NCBI RefSeq assembly: GCF_964355755.1
Contig: NC_092672.1
Coordinates: 26,356,437-26,420,436, forward strand
Reading direction: 5' to 3'
DNA: 64,000 nt
DNA from: Antedon mediterranea
Taxonomy: Eukaryota; Animalia; Echinodermata
Both the position numbers and the translations under genes were made by a program. Positions 23,301-38,300 of the stretch are shown here, one piece after another. The notes beneath the pieces are model-generated. The model had not been told where the DNA came from. It was given only the letters and a program-made list of their open reading frames with translations, and did no database searches. Numbering within the stretch: the stretch's first letter is position 1; each line of letters starts with the position of its first letter.

Positions 23301-26300
23301 CAATGCCAAAAAAAAAACAACAATGACAAGAAATATATTAAAACAGGTACTATAACGAAAAAAAAAAGTAACATGGCCATTGTGTGTTTAGTTTGTCCAT
23401 TTATTAAACATCTCTGTATCCTACCATTCAATAATTGTGTTTATGATCCCCATTTTGGCCATTAAATGTTTTATCCAACCCTTCAATTTAAAGTTTGGAT
23501 TTAATATTTTTAGCCTAACGATTTAATATTTTAGCCTAATATACTGTGGTACAATAGTGTGATAAACATACATGTTTTGTTTGTTATATTAGATACAAGC
23601 ATTAGCTAATTGTTTTAAGCTGTTAGCTGGACCAGAACCACAAGGAGGTGCAATCAATATGGATATGTCCGAGCCTGACCTTAGCCAACCAATGATGTCA
23701 AGAGATATGAGTAAAAGGTAGGCTTATTATTATTCTTAAATGTTGATTGTCTTAACATTGTGTACGAATCAAATAAAATTAATAATGATATGTTGGTAAT
23801 TTTTAGTATGTCTTGGTTATTTAACTTTATTTAAAGAGGGTAATTACAAATGTAAACACCAAATTAATTACATAAAAGTTTACTCCATAACAGTTTTTCA
23901 GCACATGTAAAGAATAATATGTTTCTAAGGATGCACGGAATGACTTTTCATCTTGACAGCTGCAAAAATGCATGGGAATCATCAAAACTGTTAGAGTTGT
24001 GTTATTATATAAATAATGCACAAGTCAGAGTGCGTTAGTGGAGATGCGGCGCACTCTAGGATATTTTCAATGTTGCGACATGCACAAAATTTCCACTAAC
24101 GTGTGAATTTAGACTTGTGCATTATTTGTTTTAAATCATGGATCTATGAACTATTTTCATTTTTACCTTTTTGGGTGAAGACACCTAATAAAATATATGA
24201 AAATAATTAAAGTTTTATTAGTAAAATGGCAGTTTCTTTTCCTCATTTAACGCCTAATTTTTTTACTTATTGGCTCTACCTCTTGAATAGAACAGTTGAT
24301 CTTTCAACTCATGAGAATATATTCTCCATTCAACTATACATTCATAATTACGTATTTTATCTCTTTACAGTATATCTGACTTGGAAACAGTTTTTGCTCA
24401 AAGAGCTCAATCTTTAATGTTGGAGTCTCGCCTTTTGCTGGTGCACTTTTCTGTTGATAAAATGTCTTTGGACATACAGAGCAGTGGTAAGAAAAATATC
24501 AACATTCGGCCAGTTTCTAGGATTTACTTTCAATGATAAAGACCACTTTTAAACCATTTTTTGTTGCTGTATCCAAGTCGTTTACACACTTGACTATCAT
24601 ACAGAAAGACCCAGGTTCAATTTCTGATTTAACTCCAGTACATTGTAAATCTGTACCTGGTTGAAAAATACTAGGGAAGGTTAGGTGGTGTGGAAAGGAA
24701 CTGGCCACCCTACCACATATGCCAAGGCTTGAGTAAATAAGCTCTAACAGCTCATTCCCCAAATTCAGAGACTCTTTTCTTTAGGTTTAGGTGGGAACAC
24801 GAACGCTAGTTGATCATACCCAGTACCGTTTTGATCGTACGATTAATCGGGAAACCACCTCACGACAAATTCAGAGACTCTTTTCTTTATTATTTGGTTT
24901 TGATTTGATTTATTTCTAAAGCTCTGTCTACACTATCGATTATTGGACAAAAAAATGTGGACATGATGATCATATCACCACTTTTTTGTGTAGACAGAGC
25001 TTTACATCACATATAACATGACTTTGTCAGTTTATATTTCTTTTTATTGCAGGTCGTTGTATTGTTGAATGTCAAGTATCGGGTGTACGAACCAACCTTA
25101 CAAAGCGTCCTTTCGACACGTCGCTCTCACTAACAATTCACGGATTGCTACTGATAGATGCACTTCAGCAATTTGGACCAGACTTTGAACTTTTGCTGGC
25201 CTCTCATAAAGAAGTCAGGTAAGAAAATAACATCGCATTCAAATCATCACAAAGTGAAAGTTTTTTTAATTGAAATAACTTCCCAAATAGGTTTTAAAAT
25301 ATTTATATTTTTGTAGTAACTTTAATTTTTTAATCTATATATATATATCTATTTAATATCTTTTAATTATTTACGGCAGAACTTCGATTAAGGAGACACC
25401 ATTGAAACCCAGCAGCTGTGTTCCCTTAATAGTGGTGTTGTTCTATATATGTTAAAACATATGTTGCCCCTCATTGGTTTGGCAGGAAAGTGTTGTCTTA
25501 TTAGAGGTGACCCCAAATAGTGAATTTATTTTGAAAATACATTGTGTTAAATTTTCTAAAAAAAGATCTCTCTGACATTAGTATTTCTTTTTGTTTTGTT
25601 TAGCATGGATGTCCCTAGTGGTAGCATTATGGACAGTACCCCTAATTCACCATTTTCAGCCGCATCACCGGTTTCTGCTCACTCTCCGAATTCCTCTCGG
25701 TCTCTGACATCACCAGCAGAGGCTATGATAGCTAGTGCAAGTCAACCACAGTCACTTCTTTCTACTGCTGTTTCGCTTATTTCTAATGAGTTATTAGGTA
25801 CCGTAATGATTTAATATTTTTTTTCTTATACTATGACGTTATCCAAATTCCTTCACTTGCACTGATGAAGGGCTAGTGTTGCCCGAAAGCTCTGCTAACT
25901 TTTCTGGCTGTTTTACTTATCGTTTTGATTTAGCATTTCGCTTTTTTTTTTGTATCTCTATTGAGATCCAACCACTGATACCCACAGCATTGTCATTTTT
26001 TCAGTAATTTGCCTTTGGATTTATATATATATATCTGTAACGGCAAATTACTCCCTCAAATTTGCATGTTGTCCCCACACTAAAATGATCAAATCTTCTT
26101 CTAGGTCACAATGCAAAGACGTAAATGCAACATAAGCTATTTGACCAATTTGAAGAAACCGGTCATCCAACCCTCACTTGCAATTGGTCAAAGTGCTTGA
26201 TTTGCCTGTATGTCCTTGCATTACATTCTAGTGAGAATCAAGTTTACGTTTTCTTTCACAGATAGTTCAGCTAAAAATATTTTTATATTATCCATGGAAT

Positions 26301-29300
26301 TAACTACAAAGGCTTTAAAAAAATAATTTGAATTAAATGTTGAAACAAAAAATATTTGATTACATTATTATTATGTAAATATTTGTTCCTTACTCCAACA
26401 GGTACGCTTCCTTCAGAGTCCAGTTCAAGAGACATGTCATCTGATCATGTGACATCTACCAAGAAGTTCTTGCCCCCTATGGGTGAAGACTCAGAAGCAT
26501 TGATTACTATTGAGTTAGACTTGATCAGTCCAGACTGCCCAACAAACTCATCTGCTGAAGGTGCTAGGCAAATAGCAAATGTGCAGTTCAACAACCTTGA
26601 TGTCATTGGTATGCCAAACAAGACATTTCTTCAAAAGCTTAAGCTTAAAATAGAACTTTGAACCTTAAGAGTACATTGCACAATTATTAACATTTTCAAT
26701 TCCTTTTCTAGCTAATCAAGACACAATGATTGAGTTGTTAGCATTTTTTAAACGCGCTTTCCCAGATCAACCATTAACTTCTGATAAAACATCAAAAACA
26801 GATCTTAACCAAAGCAGTACTTTACAGGTAAGGGTTAGCTTGGTACTTGGTACTCTATTTAAATTGATGTAATTCCTTTTTATTTATATAATATGGAGCG
26901 GATTGCTATAAAAAAAAGTCTTAACTGATGGTCTTAACTCCCAGATTAAATCTTGCTTTATCTAATAGTCTTACTAAAGCCACCCCTGTTAGATCATTGC
27001 CATAAAACAGTCTTAGGTATGGCCGTGTACAGTAATAAATTGAGGGTGCACTCCACCCATAGAATACCAAATAAGGTAATGTTTGTCATGCTTGCTCAAT
27101 CATAAAAGTGCATACAGGACATTTTTATGAGAGAAAATCTATTCTATATAAAGATCCTCATTATTATTTGATTTAACACTCATTCAATGTGTTGTCTTTC
27201 ACGATCAATAATACGTAATAAGCAACGCCATATGGACAAAAAGAGAGGTTTAAGGCTGTTTTAAGACGTCCCTCGAGTAGGCTTTAATTGTTAAGACTGC
27301 TTACAGGTTAGACCTTGGTATAGAAATGGTCTATAATAAAGACTACTTCCTACGCTACAAATTATAGCCGGCTAAGCGCTAAGACCGTTTATAGCAATCC
27401 GCCCCTGGTGTTAAAATTAATTGTTAATTGAAAATCAATATAAAACCATTACATTTACATTAAATGAAATATTACCAATTCATTTTGTTGTTTGATAATA
27501 CTTACTTATACCAAACTATAGCTTATCACAAAACAGAGAAATTTCATATTAGAAAATAACTGAACATCTTATTCGTTTAAGATGGTTGCTGAGTCGTCTA
27601 CTCGTACTGATGTTTCTGCTGATTTTAATTGTTTAAATGTTGTGTTAGTTCGTCGCCATGGGAAAAAAGAGGGAAAAAAAGTTGCTACAGCAACTATAAG
27701 TAATTTCCATGTACAGTCCATTTTTGGTAAGTTTGTTTATTTTATTAACCACTTTTTTAACCTTAAGTTTCTTTGACAATTTTCACCTTAACAATTTCTT
27801 TTTTAATTCATTGTCAACCGATAGAATAATACATTATCAACACAGTTGGCCGTGCCAATAACCACTGCCGATAACAACCAGTACTAAAAACATTTCTCAA
27901 TCACAATATTGTTTGTAACCATCTGTATTCCAAACTATGGTCATCCTCTGTCTGTTTGGATTCTTTTTAGCCTTTCAACTAAAAGTTTACAGTTAATTTA
28001 GAAATTACTTTATTTTAAAATCTGGACATTGCTAAAATATTTTAGAAAATTTATTTTCACTAATCTAAATTCCTACAGGAGACGAGATAACAGTAGAAGG
28101 ATCACTTGGAGGCATGCAGTTAGTTGACTTGACAGCTTCAGGAAAGCATAAGAAAGTCTTAAGTGTTGGGCAGGATCCTATAGCTGAAGACTCTGGTTCT
28201 TTATCCTCCACAAGTCTTTCAAACAGTTTCAACAGAAGTGGTATTGATGTGTATCGTTCTGCAATTGATGCTTCCGTGTTTGCAGTTAGCTTAGAAGATA
28301 AGGAATCACAAGCCTTCACTTTTTCTGTGAAAAAAATGACAAGTTTGTCATATACACCTACTCCCCATGTTTCAGCTTTCAAAAGCGTAGGAGGAATGCG
28401 CACATCTAGTGCCTTAGGAAATGCTCCACTAACTTTCTACGAAGAAGAACAAGAGGAAATATTGGAAGTTTCAATTCATTTAGCATCACTCTGTTACACA
28501 CATGCTCCTAAATTTTTAAATGAGCTCAGTATGTGTGTTAATGAATTTCAAAGCTCTGCCATGAATGCCGCGAATTCCCTTCAGAAGGTCGCTGCTGAAG
28601 CAGCAAAAGATTTTATGCGACAGAAATCAGAATTCGCAAATGTACCATTCACACCAAATGTAACCGACTGTAATGAGTCTCCAATTAAGTTGGGTAGCAA
28701 AAGTTACAATACAACGATACATGAAGAAGAACAGTCAGAATCAACGACACGGTTAAAGCTAAGCGTTATAATGGAAACTCCAATAACGGTCTTTCCACGC
28801 TCACCTGAGAGTAGCGAAGTTCTTATTGGACACCTCGGAAATATTACAATAAAAAATTATGAAGAATTAAAACATTTTAATGTTGGTGCAGAAAACGAGG
28901 ATAAAACCGATGGATTTTATATATCAATTAAAGATATTAATTTATTTTCTTTTAATAATGAGGATGCTAAATCACGGAGCGGCAGTATGTCGGAATCAAA
29001 AGCAAGAAGCAATAGTTTTAATGATGCACAGAATCGTGCCAGCTCAGTAGCTAGTTACGATTTTACTAGTTCAGCGTATAAAGGCACACCCGTCCTCCAC
29101 GACACATCTCTTGAACTATCAATTGTGAAGCAGCAAGCAGTACTGACAACATTTCTTGATCACAATGATGACTGCCATGTGGATGGCGAGTTTATGCAAG
29201 AAGCATTGTTAATAACTGTTGGCGGTAAAATTGTGAAGCCGTTAAAGGTTGCCCTCTCAAAACATGTCTATGAACAAGTGTTTGAAACTTTGGATAACAT

Positions 29301-32300
29301 CACATACCAAGATGTTACAAAGGAGAAAAAAGCAAGTCCGCAGAAATCAATGAATGATTCAGTTTTTGGTCTTGATGGACACTCTCTGCCATCTGACCAA
29401 TGGTCATCTTCTGACAAAATGGAATCAAGTGAATCTGAAAGTTTCACAAGGCTTCATGCAAACTTCGATATCCCAGAGTTCACTTTAGAACTACAAGGAG
29501 ATCTTACCGATGGTGCTCAAGGTCTAGTCAGTTTATCTTTCCAAAACTTTTCTGTTAGATTTAAGAAGGATAACCGATACATTGCAGAATGTGATGTTTC
29601 ATTACAATACCTTGAAATGGTTGATCTATTAGTAGATGCACATTCAAAACATCGATATCTTATGGTATCCAGAAGGAACATCACTAACCCATCCCCTGTA
29701 CCTTTGAAGATGGTGCAATCAACCTCTTGTCCAACGATATCTGGACTTTTGGCACCAGTTGCCATGATGCCTGGATCTCTGCCATCAAATCTCAATGTCG
29801 AAACAAGCCCAATGATGAAGAAACAATCCACTTCAATACGAATGCCTGCTAGAGCTACTTGTAGTGGTGTTCCATCTACTCCGCCACCTTCTCCTGATGC
29901 ACATTCAATGTCACCCTTAAATGAATCACAAACTTCCCAAGATGCACTTGTGCAAATTAATATGCAGTTGATAGACAAGAACTCTCCAGATTTTGCAACT
30001 AAACATAAAAGTGTAAGTACTATTCTGTAAATTATTAATCTAAATTTGATGTGCCCAAATATGGTAGTGATGCCCAAATATGGTAGTGATATGCCCAAAT
30101 ATGGCAGTGATAGACAATTATAAATAATTTCTCGTGCCAATGAGTTTGCGCCTATTATCCGATATTTCTGTCTCAAAACAGACATCATCATATTCCTATG
30201 GGCACCTTTTTTTTACACATAAAGTTTGATCTGTAGACAGAGCTTAATTCCTTTTTGCATTGGTTACGGTTATTGGTTTTCTTTCATTAACATTGACTGC
30301 TTTTAATGCTAAGAAAGAAATTGTAACATCTTTTCCAATATATTTATTCTATAGTTAGCAGAAATGTAATTCATCTTGTTCACTTCATAGTTTTGGTCTT
30401 AATGAGATGACAATAAATTATTTGGCATTTACACAATAATTTTCATAACTCTTATTTGTAATATATATAGATCAATCGTTTAATAGATGTAGACTTCAAT
30501 GCACTGGACACTACCATCAATCTACAAACTCTCGTAGTGTTGCTTGATTTTCTTGGTATGGGGGCTAAACCAGCTCCTGCGTCCTCAATGAGTACATCAA
30601 TGACCAGTGAACAGTCACAAGAAATGTCAGCACAGGGTACTAGTACTCAAGATGAATCAGGTATCAAATTGTCTTGCTTTCAGGTATAGCCAGTGCAATG
30701 GTCAAGTAAACTTTACAGTCGAACCCATTCCTTTGGGATACCCCTATTCTGAGGACACTTCTATTAAGGGGACACTTTCCCATGAATTGAAGAGGAATGT
30801 TTAAACACTATAGACCATTCCTATGGAACACTTCTATTAAGGGGAAACTTTCCCATGAATTGAAGAGGAATGTTTAAACACTATAGACCATTCCTATGGA
30901 ACACTTCTATTAAGGGGAAACTTTCCCATGAATTGAAGAGGAATGTTTAAACACTATAGACCATTCCTATTTATGGAATACTTCTATTAAGGGGAAACTT
31001 TCCCATGAATTCAAGAGGAATGTTTAAACACTATAGACCATTCCTATTTATGGAATACTTCTATTAAGGGGAAACCTTCCCATGAATTGAAGAGGAATGT
31101 TTAAACACTATAGACCATTCCTATTTATGGAACACTTCTATTAAGGGGACACTTTCCCATGAATTCAAGAGGAATGTTTAAACACTATAGACCATTCCTA
31201 TGGAACACTTCTATTAAGGGGACACTTTCCCATGAATTCAAGAGGAATGTTTAAACACTATAGACCATTCCTATTTATGGAACACTTCTATTAAGGGGAC
31301 ACTTTCCCATGAATTGAAGAGGAATGTTTAAACACTATAGACCATTCCTATATGGAATACTTCTATTAAGGGGAAACTTTCCCATGAATTCAAGAGGAAT
31401 GTTTAAACACTATAGACCATTCCTATATGGAACACTTCTATTAAGGGGACACTTTCCCATGAATTCAAGAGGAATGTTTAAACACTATAGACCATTCCTA
31501 TATGGAATACTTCTATTAAGGGGACACTTTCCCATGAATTCAAGAGGAGTGTTTAATCACTATAGACCATTCCTATTTATGGAATACTTCTATTAAGGGG
31601 ACACTTTCCCATGAATTGAAGAGGAATGTTTAAACACTACAGACCATTCCTATTTATGGAATACTTCTATTAATGGGACACTTTCCCATGAATTGAAGAG
31701 GAATGTTTAAACACTACAGACCATTATTCCTATTTACCAAACTCTTCTATTAATGGGACACTTTCCCATGAATTGAAGAGGAATGTTTAAACACTACAGA
31801 CCATTATTCCTATTTACCAAACTCTTCTATTATGGGGACACTTTCCCATGAAGACGAATGTTTAAACACTAAGGACTATACCATTTCTATTTAGGGAACA
31901 CCCCTATTAAGGGTACTCTTTACTAGGTCCTGACAGTGTAGGGGTTCTACAAAATTTCATTCCAAATGCATCTTTTATTGAAAAAAGCTGAACACTGCAT
32001 TTGAATCTTCATTTATTATCTATTTAACGAGAGAATAAAGAGAAGAACACTGAATTCTGTGTTTATCTTGGACAAAACAACTAGACTAATTCTCCAACAC
32101 TTTTACCAAGAAATTATTCATTTTATTGCCAATCACAATATAAATACTAGACTGTATGTATTTGAAAAAAAAAAATATATATATTTTTGGGGTTCGATAC
32201 CATTTTGAAGAGTCCCTGCCATTTGGCATTGCTTTGTGGTCGCCATATAGTACTTTAGAATGTCTAAAATGTGTACTGCTGTTTACATTGTTGTTCACCA

Positions 32301-35300
32301 TCTACTGTATCTGTGTTTCTATCAATCAATGATCAATAATGTTGTTTTTATTTAGTGAGCAATGAAGAAGCAAACACAGAAATCAATATTCGTATCCAGT
32401 CACTATCTTTATTGCTAAATAAACCATCGTATGAGCTAGCAAAGGCCAATGTTTCTGGTATAACGACGCATCTGTCGCTCGTTCAGGGCAATGTGGCCAT
32501 AGAGGGCAGTCTTGGCAGCATGATGCTATTGGATTTAACACCTACTGGTCATACATATCCAGAGAAATTTGTTACCAGAGGGGATGAGGCACTAGGATTC
32601 AAGATCTTTAAGTAAATATTGGGTGTTTTTTTATTTATGTAGAAAAGTATTTTAGAATAGAAAGTTCACAATTCTCTCACAATGTAGAAGACAATAGACG
32701 CCTTTATTTATAATTTTGGAAAGATATCAATCTAGTTCACTGGACTTACTTGTTTAGTAAACAGTGACGTTTCACGACCTATCCAGGTTGTATCATCAGG
32801 CCGAAAGATGGAATTGTGGCGTTTGGTCAGTGACGGGGTCAAGGAGCTGACCAAACACTACAATTCCAGTGGACCCAGTGTACAGGACCACAATATTCAC
32901 ACTGGTAGTCAATCCCCTACTCTATGTACCAAGTTCCTTATTGTGCATGGAAAGTATGTACACTCCAACAGATTTGTGTCTCATCCAAAAGATGACATTA
33001 GAGTCTTGCATAAGGACAAGAACTATGGCACCGACAGGTCTCAAACCTATACCTCTCGCATGCTAGTTTAATATTCCTTATTATTACCCCATCGTTCTAA
33101 AAACATGTTTATAAAACATTTGGCAACACATTACTGATGGTTAACATTTTTAAAATTGTATTTTATTCTAGGTATGGGAAGCCTGATCCTGATCTGCAGA
33201 GACAATTTGATATCAGTATTAATCTACGCATGTCTTCCGTGTGTTACATACACACACACCGCTTCCAAATGGAACTGCTTGCATTTGCACAACACTTCAA
33301 TACTCTACAAGACATGCTGGGCCGTATGAGGGCAGCATCTGATGGTCAACAAGTAAGTGCTTTAGACTTAGCCATTCTGAAGCTTTTGTTTTTCTGCATC
33401 TTCTTTTGTTCAATGGGTGTCAATTTGTAATGGCATATATAGCGTCTATACAGGTAGGTATCTCACTCATAGACTACCAACATTTATGTAATTTGCAGTA
33501 CTGTCAGTACTTTCAAATTTGGAGTATAGGTTTAAAATTGGAGTTCAAATGGTTAACACCAACTCAATAGTTTTGGATAATACAAATGACATCTTTAAAC
33601 TTACTGTGGTATTTAATACAGTACTATTGATACCATTCTTTTAAGACCTAGTTGTGAAGGTTGAGTGATTACTCGCTCCCCACCTTGACACAGTTTTAGT
33701 GGTTTCACGTTTCACGACTGATAATGCATTAATTGATCTGACATTAGGCCGTCGGTCGTCGCAAATGCTTCCTAACTCATGATCTATCAATCATCTATGT
33801 GTTGGCAGTGGTCTACCAAAAGTGTATGAATCCTATCGTGTCATAAATGTAACCAAAAAACTTTCTTTACTTTTATAAGAAAAAATAAAACACTCCAACC
33901 ATCACCACATATTTGTACAATAATTCATACAATTTATTTCTTTCTTTTTTTAACTAGAATTAGAATTTTACAGTTTTTGAATTTTACATTTGTTTGAATT
34001 TTACATCAATGTTTACACCTAAAATTTAACCAAAGTATCACATTACATTCAAGTTACTGGTTGGCTATCGCATCATCGATGGTCATATATAGGAGAAAAG
34101 TTGTTTTTGTGCTCCTTTAAACATTCAATATTAGTATTTTGCAAAAAGAAGTTGCTATAGCAACCATGCATGGGTTATATGAAATAATACATAATTGATT
34201 GGGAAACTCAATTTCATTTTTCCCCTGATCAATTCTTTTGATAAAATATCCATCACTACTGAATAGTTGTAGTTTCCCACAACTTGAAATGATGATGTTA
34301 CCATACCTATCAACTACAATTTCATGTGGTAACCTCACATTACCATCTTCATCTCCTTTATTTATGAACATTTTCAGTTTCTTGTTCATGTTGTCATAAA
34401 ATAACACTTGATCATTTCCTAAATCGGCTACAAGTACGTTGCCAGTTCTTGTCAGTGTAACATCAAGATATTGACTAGTTGGTTTATTTTGGTTTTTAAT
34501 CTTCTCCAACATTTTACCACTACTAATGTCAAACACAAACACACATGCGATGTTAACCAAATCTGTTACATATATAACATTAGCTGACTCATCTATGTGA
34601 ATACCCCATGGATTTTCCAATACACCCTTACCAATGAATTTGATCACATGACCATTCATATCACATATTTGAATACATTTATTATTATTACCATTATCAC
34701 AGAATGCTATGTGATCATTCTTCATTGTGTACAGTCTTTTAACTTCAACACCTCTTGGTAGTCTAATCTTGTTCAGATATTCTCCTGATTGTTGGTACTT
34801 GTGAATTTCATTTGTGCCAAATGAAACCAGCAAGCAGTCATCATCACATTTTGCTATTCCACAAGGATTTTCCTCTAGTCTGATAGCAAGTGGTGTAATG
34901 TTTCCTATGTTACTTTCTTTCAGTATATCAGTTAGATGTTTGTTTCTGACAAAGTTAATTTGCCTCTTACTGTCGTTTCTCTTGATTTCTTCAGATTTAT
35001 TAGTTTGATCCTTTAGTGTGTTTAATACAATCTTGCTTGATTTCATAGCATTTGATGGTTCACTGTTTAATAATTTGTGTAAGAAATTCAAGTTTGTATT
35101 TAATTCAGAATTGATTTTTTCTATTTTTTCCATTTGTACATCATAACCTTCCATTTCATTTTTGTAGATTTCTTCAACTTTTTTCTTCATTTCATCTCCT
35201 TTTTGGTGGATTGTTTGTACCATTTCTTGAACTGTGTTATCAATTACTGCAAGACTTGTCCTTTTACTATTTTCTAGTTTGCTAACGTTCTCTGTAACTA

Positions 35301-38300
35301 CTTTCAGTACATTTTCCATTTTGTGTATGGATTCATTGGCAGCTGTCTTCAATTCTTCTGATGATTCCTTAAACATTTTGAAGGCTGTTACGATGTTAAC
35401 TAATTCATGTTTTCCGTCTTCTGCTGCATGTTTAGCTTCAGTGCATTCTATGCATACTGGTTCTTTACATTTGGTGCAATACATTTGTAATGGTTGAGTA
35501 TGAAAAGGACACAGCAAGGCAGTGCATTCATTTTTATCATTTATTTCATGTTGTTTGACAGTTTCTAAGAGGTTGTTAAGAAGTGTATTTGGTGCAAGTT
35601 TTTGAGGACCTCCTTCTGGGATGGGATACGACTTGCGACAAGTAGGGCATGTTAGCTTGCCATGATTGGTTTGAACCCATTCATCTAAACACTTTAGACA
35701 GAAACTATGATGGCAGCTTAGTGATTTTGGATCTTCTAGCCTTCCACTACAGATAGAACATTCTAGTACTTTTTCATCGATCTCTCCAAGTAGACTTATG
35801 TCTTTGCTAGCCATCCTGCAACAGTAATACATAACATATTTGTATGATACATCTTCATCTACCAGATTTTACATAATTGAGATTCCCTCAATATACCAAG
35901 AATGTGCGTGCCTAAGATCTGGCAATAATTTACATGGTATGTATGTAGAACCGACATACCATATTATTTGTCCTTTATTACAAAAAATAAAAAGACAATC
36001 AATATTTAGAATTTCTCTCTCGTAGTTTCGTAACTATATTTTTTGTTTTTATCGTTCCATTAAAATGCATGAATAATGGGCAGTCCAAATGATGGTGTTA
36101 ATTAATAAAAATGGTAATTGTCAGCACTAATTGGTGCTTCAATTTTGTCACCTTAAACTGTTTATTTAGTAGGCATATAGACCTATCAATTAAATAACCA
36201 ACTAAATATAACTACTGTTTATTTAGTAGGCATAGACCTATCAATTAAATAACCAATAACTAAATATAACTACTGTTTATTTAGTAGGCATAGACCTATC
36301 AATTAAATAACAGATAACTAAATATAACTAATCAAATAAAATTATATTACCTAAAAGCTATTTATTTTCAATTATTTTTGTTAAATACCTTTTACTTTGC
36401 AGCTCAAAAGTTACTTTTAAAATCGAAAACCGATATTTTCTAGAAATTAAATAAAGTTGGTTTTTCCACTTTGGAACTTCCTTTCATCACATGATCAGAG
36501 CCGTTTACAAATGCCTGTAAAATAGCTGTGACGCTTTCAAAATTGGTCAAGCATAACATGACTAACTTAAAACAGTTCAAACCATTTTTTTATACACATA
36601 CATAGGAAGAATAATTATTCATACAGGATGCGAAACAAATTTCTCATGCTTTTGAACTAATTCATTTTTCACACTACTATGTTACAACAGTAGTATGAAA
36701 TAAAATAAAATAATGAAATGAAATGAAATAAAATAAAATAAAATAAAATAAAAACATACTGTACTATGACAAATTATTTTTTTATGTTCTGAAATATTTT
36801 ATTGATTTACAAACATGCAACAAATTGTTTCAAATATGTACTTTGTTTCAGTTTAACTTAAGAAAGAGTAAAACATGCGTATGAAACAACTAAATATTAA
36901 TGCTGGTGTGTTTTTTTATCAAGATTTCAATTTACAAAAGTCCTGTAAAAACATCAACATTTTCTACAGAAATGTTTAAACTGCTCAAACCTGGTTACAA
37001 CTTTTTAGAAGTTGTTACTATTTGGAAAGTTATGCTGATGTGAACATGATTAATCTCTTACAGTGCAAATGATGAGATTATCAACCCAGTGGTTTAGGAG
37101 GAGAGAGAGTAGTCATGTATCTATTTCTGTACTATTATTACAACAATTTTAGATAAATATTTATTATTTTCACACATATTTGTTACGAACACTGTGGAAA
37201 TTCAGAAAAGTAACAGTTTGTTTCAACTCTCTTTCTCTCTCTCTATGCTAATTTGAAGCAGGTTTACTGTGATTGAATGTCAAACTCTGGTACATATATA
37301 ACATTCGTCCCTGCCGGCTATGTGAATACCTGATGGATTTATCAACACACCTTTACCAATAAATTTGATCACATAACCATTCAATCACATACTTGAATGC
37401 ATCTAATTACCGTTATTATTATTATTATTCAAAGAATGCTACAGTATTTCGTACAGTCTGTGTAATACACCTGAGGATTCATGATGCTCGGAGACAACAC
37501 CACACAAATAAATACCACTTCACTAACAGATATAAATTGGTGTAATTTCTCCTATGTTACTTTTTTTCAGTATATTAGGTAGAAGTTTGTTCCTGATAAA
37601 GTTAATTTGTCTCCTACTATCACTGTCTTCAATTTCTTTGAACGTATCGATTTTACCCTGTAGTGACTTTAATACAAATTCACTCGATTTCATAGCATTT
37701 GATGGTTCACTCTTTAATAACTCATTTAAGAAATTCAAGTTTTTGTTTAACTCAGAATTGTTTTTTAGCATTTTTTCTATTTGTACCTCATAACATTCCT
37801 TTTCATTTTTGTAGATTTCTTCAACCCTTTTCTTCATTTCATCTCCTTTTTGCTGGATTGTTTGTACCATTTGTTGAACTGTGTTATCAATATCTGCAAG
37901 ACTTTTCCTAACATTTTCTTCTAGTTTGCTAACGTTCTCTGCAACTACTTTCAGTACATTTTCCATTTTTTGTATGGATTCATTGGCAGCTTTCGTCAAT
38001 TCTTCTGACGATTCCTTAAATATTTGAAATGCATTTCCAATGGTAATTAATTCATGTTTTCCATCATCCCATGACATTATACATTTCATTTGAATATTGT
38101 TTTTGTGTATGGGTACTTTACATTTTGTGCAATACATTTCCAATGGTTCAGTATAAGAAGGACATGACAGGTCCATGCATTCATCATCACTACTTAATGC
38201 AGGATTTGTTTCAAGTTCATCAATCATGTCAAAGAGCTTGTTACAATATGTACTTTCATGTCGTTGGATGATTTCTATAAGATTGTTGATAAGTGTATTT

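Noticed and set aside
29517-30191. 224-aa minus-strand ORF (also 28065-28403)
   Set aside because: Antisense to the large VPS13D exon and runs into a MITE repeat; no domain features.
30760-31870. Regular repeats resembling a CRISPR array
   Set aside because: Units are head-to-tail with no unique spacers, there are no cas genes, and the context is a eukaryotic intron. It is a minisatellite.
35815-35832. Upstream ATG (MYYCCR) for TRIM copy 1
   Set aside because: It lies in intron sequence before the ttgcag acceptor; all paralogs start at MASKD.
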